A stretch of DNA of 63,671 bases, the filler included, from Salisapilia sapeloensis CBS 127946 (Eukaryota > Protista > Oomycota), in assembly GCA_023334545.1 (NCBI GenBank). It is 6 parts of 6 records of this genome, joined end to end, with 100 filler letters (N's around TTAATTAATTAA, not from the genome) between each part and the next. Parts side by side here need not be neighbours in the genome. Positions count along the whole stretch, not along the records: positions 1 to 18,648 come from JAADVB010000319.1; 5 more parts are not named here. One strand, given 5' to 3'. Position numbers and translations under genes: made by a program. Of this stretch, positions 1 through 11,318 are shown piece after piece. Numbering within the stretch: the stretch's first letter is position 1; every line of letters starts with the position of its first letter. The notes under the pieces were generated by a model that worked only from the letters and a program-made list of their open reading frames with translations, ran no database searches and was not told where the DNA came from.

Positions 1-1262
1 CATGCCCATGCAGCGCCAGTGCAAGCGGCGTGTGTGCTACCGTTGGCTCAAAAACGAGGTTTCGCGTCCTCGAACAGCCAAAATGCGACCAATATCGACG
101 CGTCCCAACCTGTTCCGCCACTCTCAAGTCCACTCGACCCATCTGCGATGACTCCAGGAGCACTTGAAAGTGCAACGGCTGCAGCAAATAGCTCTGGAGA
201 TGCATCCACCGTCGTGCAAGGCATCCAGCATGTAATAGAATCTATTCATGAAGTATCAGGACTGCCTTGGTGGGCCACATTCATGGTATGCCTATCCTAA
301 TTTTGTCAATGCTATAAAGGCTAGTGATGCATCATCACTTATTATGTTATGTGTTATGATACAATAGTGCGGTGGAATCGCGCTTCGTGCGACCATGTTC
401 CCTCTTTACGTCTTTCAAATGAGAGCAACGCAAAGGTATCTCATGCATTCCATCTTTTACTATTTGACAAAGACTGCAGATGCATATGACGTAACTAATG
501 CACTCATTTCAGGCTTGTCCAGGCTAAAGGAGACTTCCAGAAGCTCTACTCTGCTTATAAATACGCACGCACCTTTCACGTAATCACCTCCACGATCCTA
601 TGAACCATTCCTAACGATATACTTACATTTGAATACTAGAACCCTCATGACGCTAAAGGTCATCTAGATGCAATTATACTAGGTCGCAAAGGCATCAAAG
701 TATGCTTTTAAGACTACTTACCTTTTGCATGACACTAAATATATGATGATAGGCTGTCATGGCAAAGTACAACACACGGCCAGTACAGACGGTTGTTGGT
801 ACGTTCATGAACATACCGGTCTTTATGCTCGTCGCGTACTCCGCGCGTGAGATGATCCGATCTGGTCTCGTTCCTGGACTAGAAGCAGGAGGCTTCAGTT
901 GGTGCATGGACTTGACTCAACCGGATGACTACTATATCCTGCCATTTATCGCTTGTGGCTCGACGTACTTGAACATAGAGCTGAGCCTAGTCCAACGCGA
1001 AGGTGTGATGAAGAGCGTTGGTAGGTTTGCCCAAGCCTTTCCACTACTTGCGCTGCCCTTGGCATCTATGCTACCACAAGGAGTGTTTTTCTACTGGATC
1101 GGGTCTTCGTGGGCATCTATGGCTCAGACGCTCGTGATGCGTAACAATACTTTCCGACGTAAATTAGGCCTTCGACCACGCGCAGTACAAGAGGAGGATA
1201 GTCCGTTGAGACGACATGAGGTCGCGATAAAGAAGAAAATGGAGGATGATGTTGTCCGGTAG
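1..1262 (+). CDS. Oxa1/Cox18 (YidC family) mitochondrial inner-membrane insertase; 5' end lies upstream of the window; inferred exons 1-285, 368-435, 513-579, 640-699, 753-1262
   Basis: GT-AG splicing joins the frames into 'IHEVSGLPWWATFM-CGGIALRATMFPLYVFQMRATQRLVQAK'. The last exon has 'FMNIPVFM..AYSAR', 'GGFSWCMDLTQPDDYYILP' and 'PQGVFFYWIGSSWASMAQ', typical of Oxa1/Cox18. Confidence 0.88.
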
Positions 1263-1403
1263 TTTTGGAATGATATTGAAAGATTGGTTGGAGATTTGAA
1301 TGCACTATAATAGATACTCGTTTCTTCGTATACGCTCTTGTTTTGATGGGAGACAAAGCTATAAATATAACACACCTGAAGACTCCGACTAGATCACGGT
1401 TAG

Positions 1404-2145
1404 ATGCAGGAGATAGATATGCGTTTATGCCAGATCGATGAGACGGCTGAAGGTAGCGAAAGCAGTGAGGAAGAGGAGTGGAACTACTACCAGCTACAAG
1501 GGTATGTCCCTCAGCTGATGGATAGACAGCAGATTGCGTCGTTGCAAAACGATATACGCCGCACGACAAAACAGATCGCGGCGTGTGGACACCTGCGGGA
1601 ATACCGGTTGCCAAAACTCAAATCTAATAACCAAGTGAAGAGGAATACTCGAAAGACGTTGAGAGATAGTTTATTGAGGAAGGAAGCAACGCTGCTGAGT
1701 AGTGAAGAAACTACTTCTAGTCGGGAAGCAGACAATGATGATAGTCGGCAACCAGATCGTCGATTCTGTACTAGGTTAGAAGAAATGCTACAAATGAAGC
1801 TTGATTATCACCGAGAGTTTCAGAACGATATGGCGGACTACAGAGGCATCCTCACAATTAATCTATCCGAGATAGTACAAAGCTAAGTTTATATGTGCCT
1901 GCGTAGAGCTGCAGCAACGATACGAATGGATGAAGATGACTTTATTGGAGGTATGCAGTAACTATTATCTGGCTTATATGACTGTAGGATTGACCTTGTA
2001 AAATTTGCAGGAAATGGATGGCATGTGCTCAAGTACACCTGGAGACCGAGCGGTCAGCGCAGACACCTGTGAAAAACTAAAAGACTTTCGAGAGTTCCTA
2101 GATACCATGAAAGACAAAGAAAGTGATATTTTTTGGCAATGTTAG
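1404..2145 (+). CDS. Hypothetical coiled-coil protein, probably 3 exons (1404-1845, 1907-1950, 2011-2145)
   Basis: 160-aa ORF; downstream segments ELQQRYEWMKMTLLE and EMDGMCSS...DIFWQC* are bounded by AG/GT. No family recognised. Confidence 0.45.
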
Positions 2146-2487
2146 AACATATTCCTCATGTCGCCAATAGTGCATCAATCGCGAACACGAAGTGAGATTT
2201 TCAGTGCTATTGTGCGTAGTCGCACAAAGCGGCACGTGATCAAAGTGGTAGCCCACGATGATTTGCTCGAACCATGTGCTATTGCATTGACTATGTCAAT
2301 ATAAAGTAGACTTCTAAACCAGCTCTGAATAGGTTACTACTAAATAGCTCGTCCACATGCTGCCCGGATAAGATCAATAGCAAATTATCCTCAATCCATA
2401 CTCGCGGTATTGATCATCAACTTCAACATGCGATTACGCAAGCAGTAAACACGTCAGATCCATTTTCTCGGCACATATCCATTTGCG

Positions 2488-3474
2488 ATGCTCTCCAAAA
2501 GTCGTCTTCCAGTTACTCGTGCAGCATCCACTGCATCCCCATGGGTCCACACCCGTTTATTCTCTACGGAGGAAGGGAATGGTACTTCTAAACCAGTGAC
2601 TCGTACCATGCTTCCTCCCAACACATTCCAAGACAAAGTCGCGCTTGTCACCGGCGGAGGCACCGGATTGGGCAAAGGAATCACCACGAAGCTATCGGAG
2701 CTTGGCGCTACGGTTGCAATCATGGGGCGAAAGTTGGACGTGCTTGAGCAAACTAGTAAGGAGATCCAAGAGCTCACTGGCAACCAAGTCATTCCTCTCC
2801 AAGGTGATGTGCGTGATCCAGAACATGTAAAAGCTGCTTTAGACATGTTGGATGAAAAGGCTGGTGTGCCATCCATTGTAGTGAATAATGCAGCGGGAAA
2901 CTTTGTCTCTCCGTTTGAAAGATTGAACGCAAAGGGCTTTAGTACAGTAGTAGATATCGTTCTAAAGGGCACTGCGAACGTCACGTTGGATGCTGGGAAG
3001 CGCATGATTCGTGCGAATCATGGTGGTGTGTTCATTGATATCACAACTACGTATGCCGAGACTGGATCTGGCTACGTGGTTCCGTCCGCAGCCGCCAAGG
3101 CAGGTGTGAGTGCCTTGATCAAGAGTCTTGCTGCTGAATGGGGTCAGTACGGTATTCGTCATGTAGGCATCGCTCCAGGTCCGTTCCGTACGAAAGGAGC
3201 GTTCGATCGCTTAGACCCGGATGGATCGTTCACCAAGATCATGCTGAAGAACAATCCGATGAACCGATTTGCTGAAGTGGAGGAACTGGCGAATCTAGCG
3301 ACGTATCTCGCGAGTGACTTTGCCAGTTGGGTCAACGGCTCTGTGGTGACGATGGACGGTGGCGAGACTGTCTTTAACTCTGGTGAGTTTAATGACTTGT
3401 CTGCGATTCCACAAGACAAGTGGGATGATCTGGAGTCTCGTATTCGATCGGCGAACGATAAGAGCAAGAAATAA
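2488..3474 (+). CDS. DECR1: Mitochondrial 2,4-dienoyl-CoA reductase (SDR family)
   Basis: Presequence-like N-terminus; 'MLPPNTFQDKVALVTGGGTGLGKG', 'NNAAGNFVSPFERL' and 'SAAAKAGV' match DECR1. Confidence 0.93.
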   Translation: MLSKSRLPVTRAASTASPWVHTRLFSTEEGNGTSKPVTRTMLPPNTFQDKVALVTGGGTGLGKGITTKLSELGATVAIMGRKLDVLEQTSKEIQELTGNQVIPLQGDVRDPEHVKAALDMLDEKAGVPSIVVNNAAGNFVSPFERLNAKGFSTVVDIVLKGTANVTLDAGKRMIRANHGGVFIDITTTYAETGSGYVVPSAAAKAGVSALIKSLAAEWGQYGIRHVGIAPGPFRTKGAFDRLDPDGSFTKIMLKNNPMNRFAEVEELANLATYLASDFASWVNGSVVTMDGGETVFNSGEFNDLSAIPQDKWDDLESRIRSANDKSKK

Positions 3475-3566
3475 TGGACAAGAATAGCTTTTGTCATTCT
3501 ATCATTCGAGCATACGTTTCATTCGTTTCTTTCGATCGCAACAAATACATTCCTCAGCATCGTAAT

Positions 3567-4810
3567 ATGACAGCAACGCACAAGTTATCACTATGTGATA
3601 GCTGGAGGGTAGCTGGTGTCATGGAGGAAGCAATGGAAAAGATAAGTTTCCTTGGGAGTGTTACGCCTGACATTTTGAAGCATCGAGAAGAGCTTACACA
3701 AGTTGTTGGGGAAGAGATATCACGTATTATTCATGAACAGAAAGAATTGGAAGAGCGACATGAGCATTTGATAGCCCAACGCTCTGCTTTAAAGGTATGG
3801 AGAGAAGAAAGAGCTCGTATATCGATTGTACTAAGCTTTATTTATCTCTGTAGGGAATCACGAATAAAGCTGCGTTAAAGGAAAACCAACGAGAGATCCA
3901 AGAGGTCAGTCGTCAGCTACGGGAATCTACGAAAAGCTTGTGTCGAAACCTCAAGGAGAATCCCAATTTCGCTGGTAATTTGCTTAAGGTTCAGCATGAA
4001 CGAGAAGCATTGTTAGAATTGCTAGATAAGACATTGAAAGAGATTAAACAGAATGGTACATTTGAATCGTTGCAGACATTCGTGTCGGATGAAAAGAACA
4101 CACAGGCGAAAGCATACGAATTGTTGAGAAAGGAGAAGGAGGCTGTGGATGAAGTGAAGCGTCTAACGACGGAACTTGGCAAAGAGAAGGCAGAGCATCA
4201 GAAAGAGACGACCGAGTACCGAGCGAAGATCATGCAGCTCAAGGAGCAATTGGTTGCTGTGAAGGCAAAAGCACAGATTGATACTCGGTATGCAAAGAAC
4301 GAAGCCAAGGCGAAACGTAGCAGTACAGCGAGGATGTATCGCCAACTACTTGATGAACAGAAAGAGAGGATAGAGCAGTTGGAAGCGAAGCGTACGATGG
4401 AAGATCGCGTACATGAAGAGACGGTAAAGTATTTGACGGAGCGGCAAGAGGAGCTACAGACCGAGTTGGCGGATTGGACAAACAAGTACGACGAAGACAC
4501 TCAGGTGAAGCAACAGCAGCTACAAGACCTTCGTGAGCAGCGCGAGAGTATCGGAGAGCGCTTAGAAGTACTTGAGAGGCGATGGCAGGATGAAATGACA
4601 GCAATCCGAAAGAAAGAGGAAGAGAGGAAGAGACTCGCAGACCTTGAAGTACTTCGAAAGGAAGAAATGAAGGCCCAAAACACCGCCGCAAGGATGATCC
4701 AAAGCACCTACCGAGCCTACTTGGAGCGTAAAGAAGCCAAAAGGAAGGAACTAGATACCGGTAAGAAGAAGAAAGGAAAGAAAGGTGGTAAAAAGAAGGG
4801 CAAGAAATAA
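3567..4810 (+). CDS. IQCG: Dynein regulatory complex subunit DRC9/IQCG-like flagellar protein; intron 3795-3853
   Basis: Long coiled coil, C-terminal IQ motif 'AARMIQSTYRAYLERK' and a Lys/Gly tail 'GKKKKGKKGGKKKGKK'. A GT-AG intron joins the two ORFs in frame. Confidence 0.75.
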
Positions 4811-5178
4811 CAAACCTCCAAGTTACCATATCTTCAACCTTCCATCTTCCACCTTTTCATTAAATACCTTTATATGATCTTTAAACAAGATATACATATA
4901 TGATCTAAAGACCGTTTGAACTGCATATAACTTCTTTAGACTGTCTTAAATCCATTGGAAAGTATGCTCTTATCTTCCTCATTTAAATCTCGCGCCTTTT
5001 GACATCACCTCCCTTTCTATATGAAACGTTGCAGTAGCCAATACTTAAACGAAGTCTAAATCGCCAAGCGACTTTCTACAAGAACAGTTTCAAATCGGCA
5101 ACGTCAACTTCTTTGGTTTCTGCGTCTTCCTACCGCGCGCACTCTACTTGCACTGCGTACGTGCAACGTGGGGCTTAG

Positions 5179-8100
5179 ATGAGTGGCAGATCTACACCAG
5201 CGTCGAAGCGACGTCGGAGGATGCACCGGACGCCCGAGAGTGGGCTCCAGACTCCGCGTTTAAAGACTAAACGCCGCATTTCTCCGTCGAGCACAGGGCA
5301 GAGCGATACGACGATATGGTGGGAGAACTCGCCTGATTTCGTTGCATCGTCTTCCACTGCTCATGGCAGGTACGTTCGTGATGATCCGATATTGGTGGTC
5401 GTGGAAGCTCAAGGTGGATGGTAGGGGCACTTTGCAGGCCGATTTGAAGCGCAGTGGACAGAGCCTTCGGCATAGTAAAGGATTGCCTGGTGGACTGGAA
5501 AGCAAGTTTATCGAAACTGGAAATAGAAAGCGACCGCGTCAACCCGGTGTTCGTATGAAGAAACCTGTGAAGGCTGGTATTTATAAAAGTCAGGATGAAA
5601 CGAAGGACTTTGCTACCAGTCGGCTTTGCAGTCACCCAGCGACAGAGACTGATGCATCCGAGAAGTTTTCTCTTGATGATGTGCAGTTTATCTTTATTAT
5701 TGTATTGATAAAGTCTCATGGTCTGTGCGTAGGTGGAAATTACGGGAGGAATCATTAGTCCAACGTTTTTCCAGTCTCCACCACCGAAACCGCCATCCAA
5801 GACAGCACCGTCGAGTAAAGAGACACCACCAGCGACTATAGTGGACCCTCCATTGCCACCGACACCATCAAAAGTAGTCAAGAACCCACGTAAAGGTAAC
5901 CTTGTAGCAGCTTCCGACTCGAGCTCTACAACCGAAAGTGTGCCACCTTTTCTACCCAACAAAACAAGTGCTCAAGACAAATCGTTTGATGATATGGACG
6001 ACTTGACATCGGATTCATGGGCTCTATTAGACCAGATCGAGTCTCAATTATCACAGAAGCCAATGGAAGCGGACGCAAGACCAGTAAGACCGATGGAGAC
6101 GGATGCGAAACCAGCTTTGCTTCCAGTGCAGGAGGAGACAAAGAAGCTAGAGCCTTTGGGTATGACACTTGGAGCGGGAGAATCGTACACGAAGTTTTCC
6201 ATTTTATCGATTGACCAAAGAAATGACAAAAGAGAACAGATATGTATACTAGAGGATGCAAATGGACGAGGCAGTATTCAAGCAACGTTGGCCGACGACT
6301 GGTTTGACGTTGTTATTAGCGCAGGAGACATTCTTAACATCGTCTGGGCTGTGTCAAATCGTCAGAGCATGTACAAGCAACATAAACTACCTTCTCGACG
6401 CGTAGAAAGTGTGCGTGTGGATAACCAGAAGAACCTAATTGTCCTTCATCCAGATCTACTCATATCTCCAACGAAAGTGACGATTAGTCTTTCTTGCGTC
6501 CGTCGAGCTATTCTCATGGAAGACGTCAACGTCAGTGCTCCAACGAATGTCAAAGCTTTACTCGGTACGCTCAAGCACGAGTTGTTTGAAACAGCTCTTA
6601 CAGAGCAACAATCAGACATTGCTTTTCTACTAGAGACAGCGAAGCAGCTTGTCAAGAATAATCTCTTGGCACTAGTAGAAAGTAATTTAAGTGAAAAGGA
6701 AGCCATGAAGGAACTGACATCTGTCCTGGATGACTACAGGGAGTGGATGACCAAGATAAATACTTGTGGTGTCTCTCTTCTGGAGAATGGCATACCGTCT
6801 GATTCCAGTATCATCCTCAAGCAAACGTTGGCGACGGAAGAAATGATGTGGTCTCATCAGTGGGGACTTAAAGGCGCTCCAGACGCATCTGTCCACGCTA
6901 CGCTCGTCAGTGGGAACAAGAGGACAGAAGGAGTGTATCCATTGGAACTAAAAACAGGCAGTAAAAAGTTTGCGCAGGAGAGTCATCAAGGACAAGTGAT
7001 TCTGTACACTTTGATGCTCCAAGAGAGATATGAACTCCTCCAGTGTGACGCAGGCGTATTACTGTATGCGCCAGGCATTGAAAGCCACCTCGTCCCTGCT
7101 TCATCGACTCTCATCCGTGCTCTTATCTTGGCTAGAAACCGTGTCGCATATGCCATGTACCAGTTGAATCAAGAAGAAGATGATGGAAAACAATATCCCG
7201 AAGTCATTCGGAACGATCGCGAGTGCTCAAATTGTTTCCAACGACAAGCATGCATGCTATATCACGCCTCCTATGACAATTGTCATGAAGAAGGTGCGTT
7301 TGGTGATTTATTTCATCAAGACACATCCCACTTATCTGAAATGGATTTGACCTACTTTCGCAAATGGGATGCAATGGTCGAGATGGAGATTCGTGATGCT
7401 CGGAAAGACATCCAACCATTTTGGAATGAAAGAGGGGGGATGCGAGAGGAGAGTAGGAAGGGATGTCTATCGGATTTAACGATCAAAGACCGAAAGGTTG
7501 TCAAGAACGGACGGGAACTCGTGACGTTCATTCGGACGGTAGATAGAAGTTTAGTAGATAAAGGTATTCGTGTAGATGATAGTGTCATTGTCTCTGCCGA
7601 AGCAGCAGATGAAGAGAAGGTCTTGGCACATGTGACAAGAGGCATCGTCATGCATGTAGATACTTCGCTTGTGATTGTACAGACGATGCGATGTATTCCT
7701 CCAGTTGTAATGAATGGCACGTCCTCTGTCGGTCGTCACTTTTACTTTCGACTGGATAAGGACCATCTGATCACTGGTCTTCGAAGAGCAAAGGAAAACC
7801 TCGTCACACTCTTCACAGGTGTCGTCCCAGAGTCCATCACGATCGGCACTTCTCGTACTAGTCGTCCTCTACGCAGCTCTCCTGTCGATGCAGATACAAA
7901 TCAAGGCGATTTTTGTCGTCGGCAGTTGATCGTCTACTTGCAACCGCCTCGCTTCTCGTATCTCAACGTCGAAACGCTGATCCAAGAGCGTTGGCAGAGG
8001 CTACTCGAGAGCGAGCCTTCGTCCGTCGAAGTCCAAGCGCAGTGTCAAGGCATCCTGACGGACTTTAACTCCTTGAATAACGACCAGAAGGCTGGTGTCA

Positions 8101-9482
8101 CGCAAGTCGTGAACGCGATGGACTACGCTCTCATCTTCGGTATGCCTGGATCCGGTAAGACTTGGACGATTGCCTTCACCGTCCGTTTACTCTCCTTTTT
8201 GGGATATTCCGTTCTTGTCTCTGCTTATACGCACTCTGCCGTCGATAATCTTTTGCTCAAGTTGATTGAGAAAGAAGTTCCGGTGCTACGTATCGGTACT
8301 AGTGCTCAAGTCCATCCGTCATTATCTTCACGTACGTTAGAACAAGAAATAGGGAGTAGATTAAATAGTGCCAAGGCAGTCGAGACACGACTCAAGATGG
8401 CACAAGTTGTCGGATGTACTTGCTTAGGTGTCAACAGCCACGTTTTATTCCAAAAACGTCGCTTTGACTTTTGCATCGTCGATGAAGCTACGCAGACGAC
8501 GGAACCTGTTGTCTTGGGACCACTCAAGTGTGCTGATACGTTCGTACTAGTCGGTGATCCACATCAACTCCCTCCTCTCGTCTCAAGTCGAAGAGCGAGG
8601 GAAGGAGGGATGGACACGAGTCTCTTCCAAAAGCTCTTGTCGACACATCCGACGGCTGCGAAGGAGTTGAGGGTCCAGTACCGGATGAATGAAGAGATCA
8701 TGACGCTTGCGAATCATCTAGTGTATGACGGAAAGCTCCGATGCGGGTCGACACAAGTCGCACGGAATCGACTAAGTGTAAGTGCTGGAGGGTGGTGGGG
8801 ACAAGCGTTGAATGGACGTGGCGTCACCTTCTTAGACACTGATGCATTGGATGCAAAGGAGAGTAGTGAGAAGGAGAATGCAGTAGAAGCAGAGATCGTT
8901 GTGTCGTTAGTGCAGGTGCTATTGCACGTAGGTATATCGTGTCAGGAGATTGCAGTCGTGTCTCCTTTTCGCGCCCAAGTCGCTTGTATTCAACGCAAGA
9001 TCCGGACTGTCGAAGTGAGTACGATCGACAAGTACCAAGGTCGAGATAAAGACATCATTCTCGTCTCCTTCGTTCGAAGTAATGTTGACAACGTTGTCGG
9101 GGAGCTACTGCATGACTGGAGACGCATCAATGTCGCGCTTACACGTGCGAAACAGAAGCTCGTGATCGTCGGATCTCGATCGACGTTGAAAGGTGGACCG
9201 AGTGTCTTAAGGAAGATGCTGGAACTAGTGGAAAGACAAGAGTGGATGATGACACTCCCGAAGGATGCAGTGCATCAGATCCAGGAGCATTGCTTTGACA
9301 AAGCAGTGGATACGACCATGGAGTCGACGCAACCGGAAGCTGAAGATAAAATGCAAGTACAAGTGATGAAAGAGACATCGGAAGATATGGAAGACATTGT
9401 CCCGGATGCAATTGGCGTGAAGAATCGACGAGCACGAGAGCTCAAGCCGATTAGTCGAGATGTAGCAGCAGACTTTACGTAG
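5179..9482 (+). CDS. DNA2: DNA2 nuclease/helicase; short 5' exons probably start at 5179, main exon continuous from about 5733
   Basis: PD-(D/E)xK nuclease 'PDASV...PLELKTG'; Fe-S cysteines 'CSNCFQRQAC'; SF1 motifs GMPGSGKT, DEATQ, GDPHQLPP, QYRM, TIDKYQGRDKD and RRINVALTRAK. The 5' exon structure is less certain. Confidence 0.95.
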
Positions 9483-9573
9483 GAGGAACATGTAACACGA
9501 ACGTATTCGAGTGATCGATATAAATAGAAGTGAGTTTCGTGCACCGTACAAGGAGCTTTCCTAGTAGACGAGA

Positions 9574-11268
9574 ATGGGCGCAGCAGCATCGACGGATCAT
9601 GGGCTGGAGCAAATGCTCGCTTGTACCATGATACTGGGGGAAGCGATGGTTAAAGGGTTGGACCCACGTTTTGTAAAGTTCCCAGGACTCTATCGACTGT
9701 ATGATTTTCATGTCGGACCGAAGAAACAACCGTTTGCGACGTTCCAGCAAGGGCAGAGGCTGGTTATGGTGGTCGGTAATCCGGATGCCGATGGCAAGTT
9801 CCAGCAAGCGCAAGTGGCGAAAGGTGCGGGTAGTGATGTGAAGAAGGATAGTCAGATCCAAGAGGCTGCGATAACGAATGAAAAGGTTCTTGTGGTGCGG
9901 GTTGGAGGTGATAGTGTCGTCCTAGACAGAGAAAAGTTGAATGAACCAAATGGAGACGGATGGACACCTCTCCATGCATCTTGTCATAGTCTTAACACTC
10001 AGGAAGCTGGGTTTGCTATCCTGGAAGAGCTTATCCAGTCGAAAGCGAATTTGAATATCAAGACGAAACGAGGACCAGGATCATTCTCGTGTGGATGGAC
10101 ACCTTTGCAAATGGCAGTGGCATATGGACTTGAGAACTTGGCGTTGAAACTCATTCGTACGCCTGGTGTTGAGATAAATGTCGAAAACTCGTTGCATTGG
10201 ACACCTCTGTATGAAGCTTGTCATCGAGGGTACACGAACATTGCTCGTGAACTACTGAAAGCTGGGGCAAAGACCGACGTTATCTGTCCAGAGTTTGCAT
10301 TGTGTCCATATCCAGGTCAAAGACCACTTGCGGAAGCTGCGCGACAGGGTCATCTCGAGGTTACCAAACTCTTGCTCGAGTGGGGTGTCGACAAGAACGC
10401 AACGAACAAGATCGGATGGACAGCTCTACATGAAGCAGCATACCACAGTCGTACTGAAATCGTGCAAGCGCTGGTTGTCTACGGTGTGGACGTCACTATC
10501 CGAACCGGCAAAGGATCCCTCGCGAACGATGTCACTATCAACCGAGACCTTCGAGCAATGCTAGAGGAAACGATTCAACAAGCCGAGGCCGCTGGTGCGC
10601 ATACTCGACTCACTACTTCGCCGAAGAAAGACCGAAGTATGAGTCTTATGACAGTATCTAGTGATTCCAACTCTGGTCTGCAAATGGCGAAACAAGTGAG
10701 CCCTACAAAAGCAACGAGCTTTAAGGTTGCTAGTCCATTGTCACGGAAGGAAGATTATGCTCTTCTAGGCGACTTACCGAGTCTTAAAGATCGGGTTGTG
10801 CCGTCTATTTCCATTCAAGACGGCACAGAAGACGAAGTGAAAGAAGAGGAGGCGAAAGAGGACATTGGAAATCCAGAGGGCTCAAACAACTCGTCTAGCC
10901 CAAAGAAGAAGACCAAATCGAAGCATAAAAGTAAAAGTAGAAGCAAGAAGCAAGTGCCAGAAGAGTTTAAGTGTGCTGTTTCATTGAAGGTTATGAAGGA
11001 GCCCATGCGAAGTCCCCTAGGTCATGTCTTTGAGCGAAAAGTAGTTGAAGCCTGGTTCCGAGACTTTGGAAACCGCTGTCCACTCACGGGCGAAGCGTTG
11101 TCTCTAAGCGATCTGACACTAGACACTGCCTTACAAGACAAGATCCAGGAATGGAAACATGGACCGGCCGCCAAGAAAAATAATGCTGTAGCGGAAGGAG
11201 AAGAGAAGGTTGTTGCTGAAAGCAAAGAAGACATCAATGAGCAGGATGAAGACCTGTATGACTTTTAA
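9574..11268 (+). CDS. Ankyrin-repeat, C-terminal U-box protein (putative E3 ubiquitin ligase)
   Basis: Repeated ankyrin motifs (GWTPLHASC, GWTPLQMAV, WTPLYEAC, PLAEAARQGH, GWTALHEAA). U-box 'VPEEFKCAVSLKVMKEPMRSPLGHVFERKVVEAWF...CPLTGEAL'. Confidence 0.88.
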   Translation: MGAAASTDHGLEQMLACTMILGEAMVKGLDPRFVKFPGLYRLYDFHVGPKKQPFATFQQGQRLVMVVGNPDADGKFQQAQVAKGAGSDVKKDSQIQEAAITNEKVLVVRVGGDSVVLDREKLNEPNGDGWTPLHASCHSLNTQEAGFAILEELIQSKANLNIKTKRGPGSFSCGWTPLQMAVAYGLENLALKLIRTPGVEINVENSLHWTPLYEACHRGYTNIARELLKAGAKTDVICPEFALCPYPGQRPLAEAARQGHLEVTKLLLEWGVDKNATNKIGWTALHEAAYHSRTEIVQALVVYGVDVTIRTGKGSLANDVTINRDLRAMLEETIQQAEAAGAHTRLTTSPKKDRSMSLMTVSSDSNSGLQMAKQVSPTKATSFKVASPLSRKEDYALLGDLPSLKDRVVPSISIQDGTEDEVKEEEAKEDIGNPEGSNNSSSPKKKTKSKHKSKSRSKKQVPEEFKCAVSLKVMKEPMRSPLGHVFERKVVEAWFRDFGNRCPLTGEALSLSDLTLDTALQDKIQEWKHGPAAKKNNAVAEGEEKVVAESKEDINEQDEDLYDF

Positions 11269-11318
11269 TTTCAAATGAATGATAGAAGCCGCATTCCTTT
11301 ATGATTGAATCGTGTCTA

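Noticed and set aside
5267-5962. 231-aa minus-strand ORF at the DNA2 5' end
   Set aside because: Antisense to DNA2 exons with no recognisable features.
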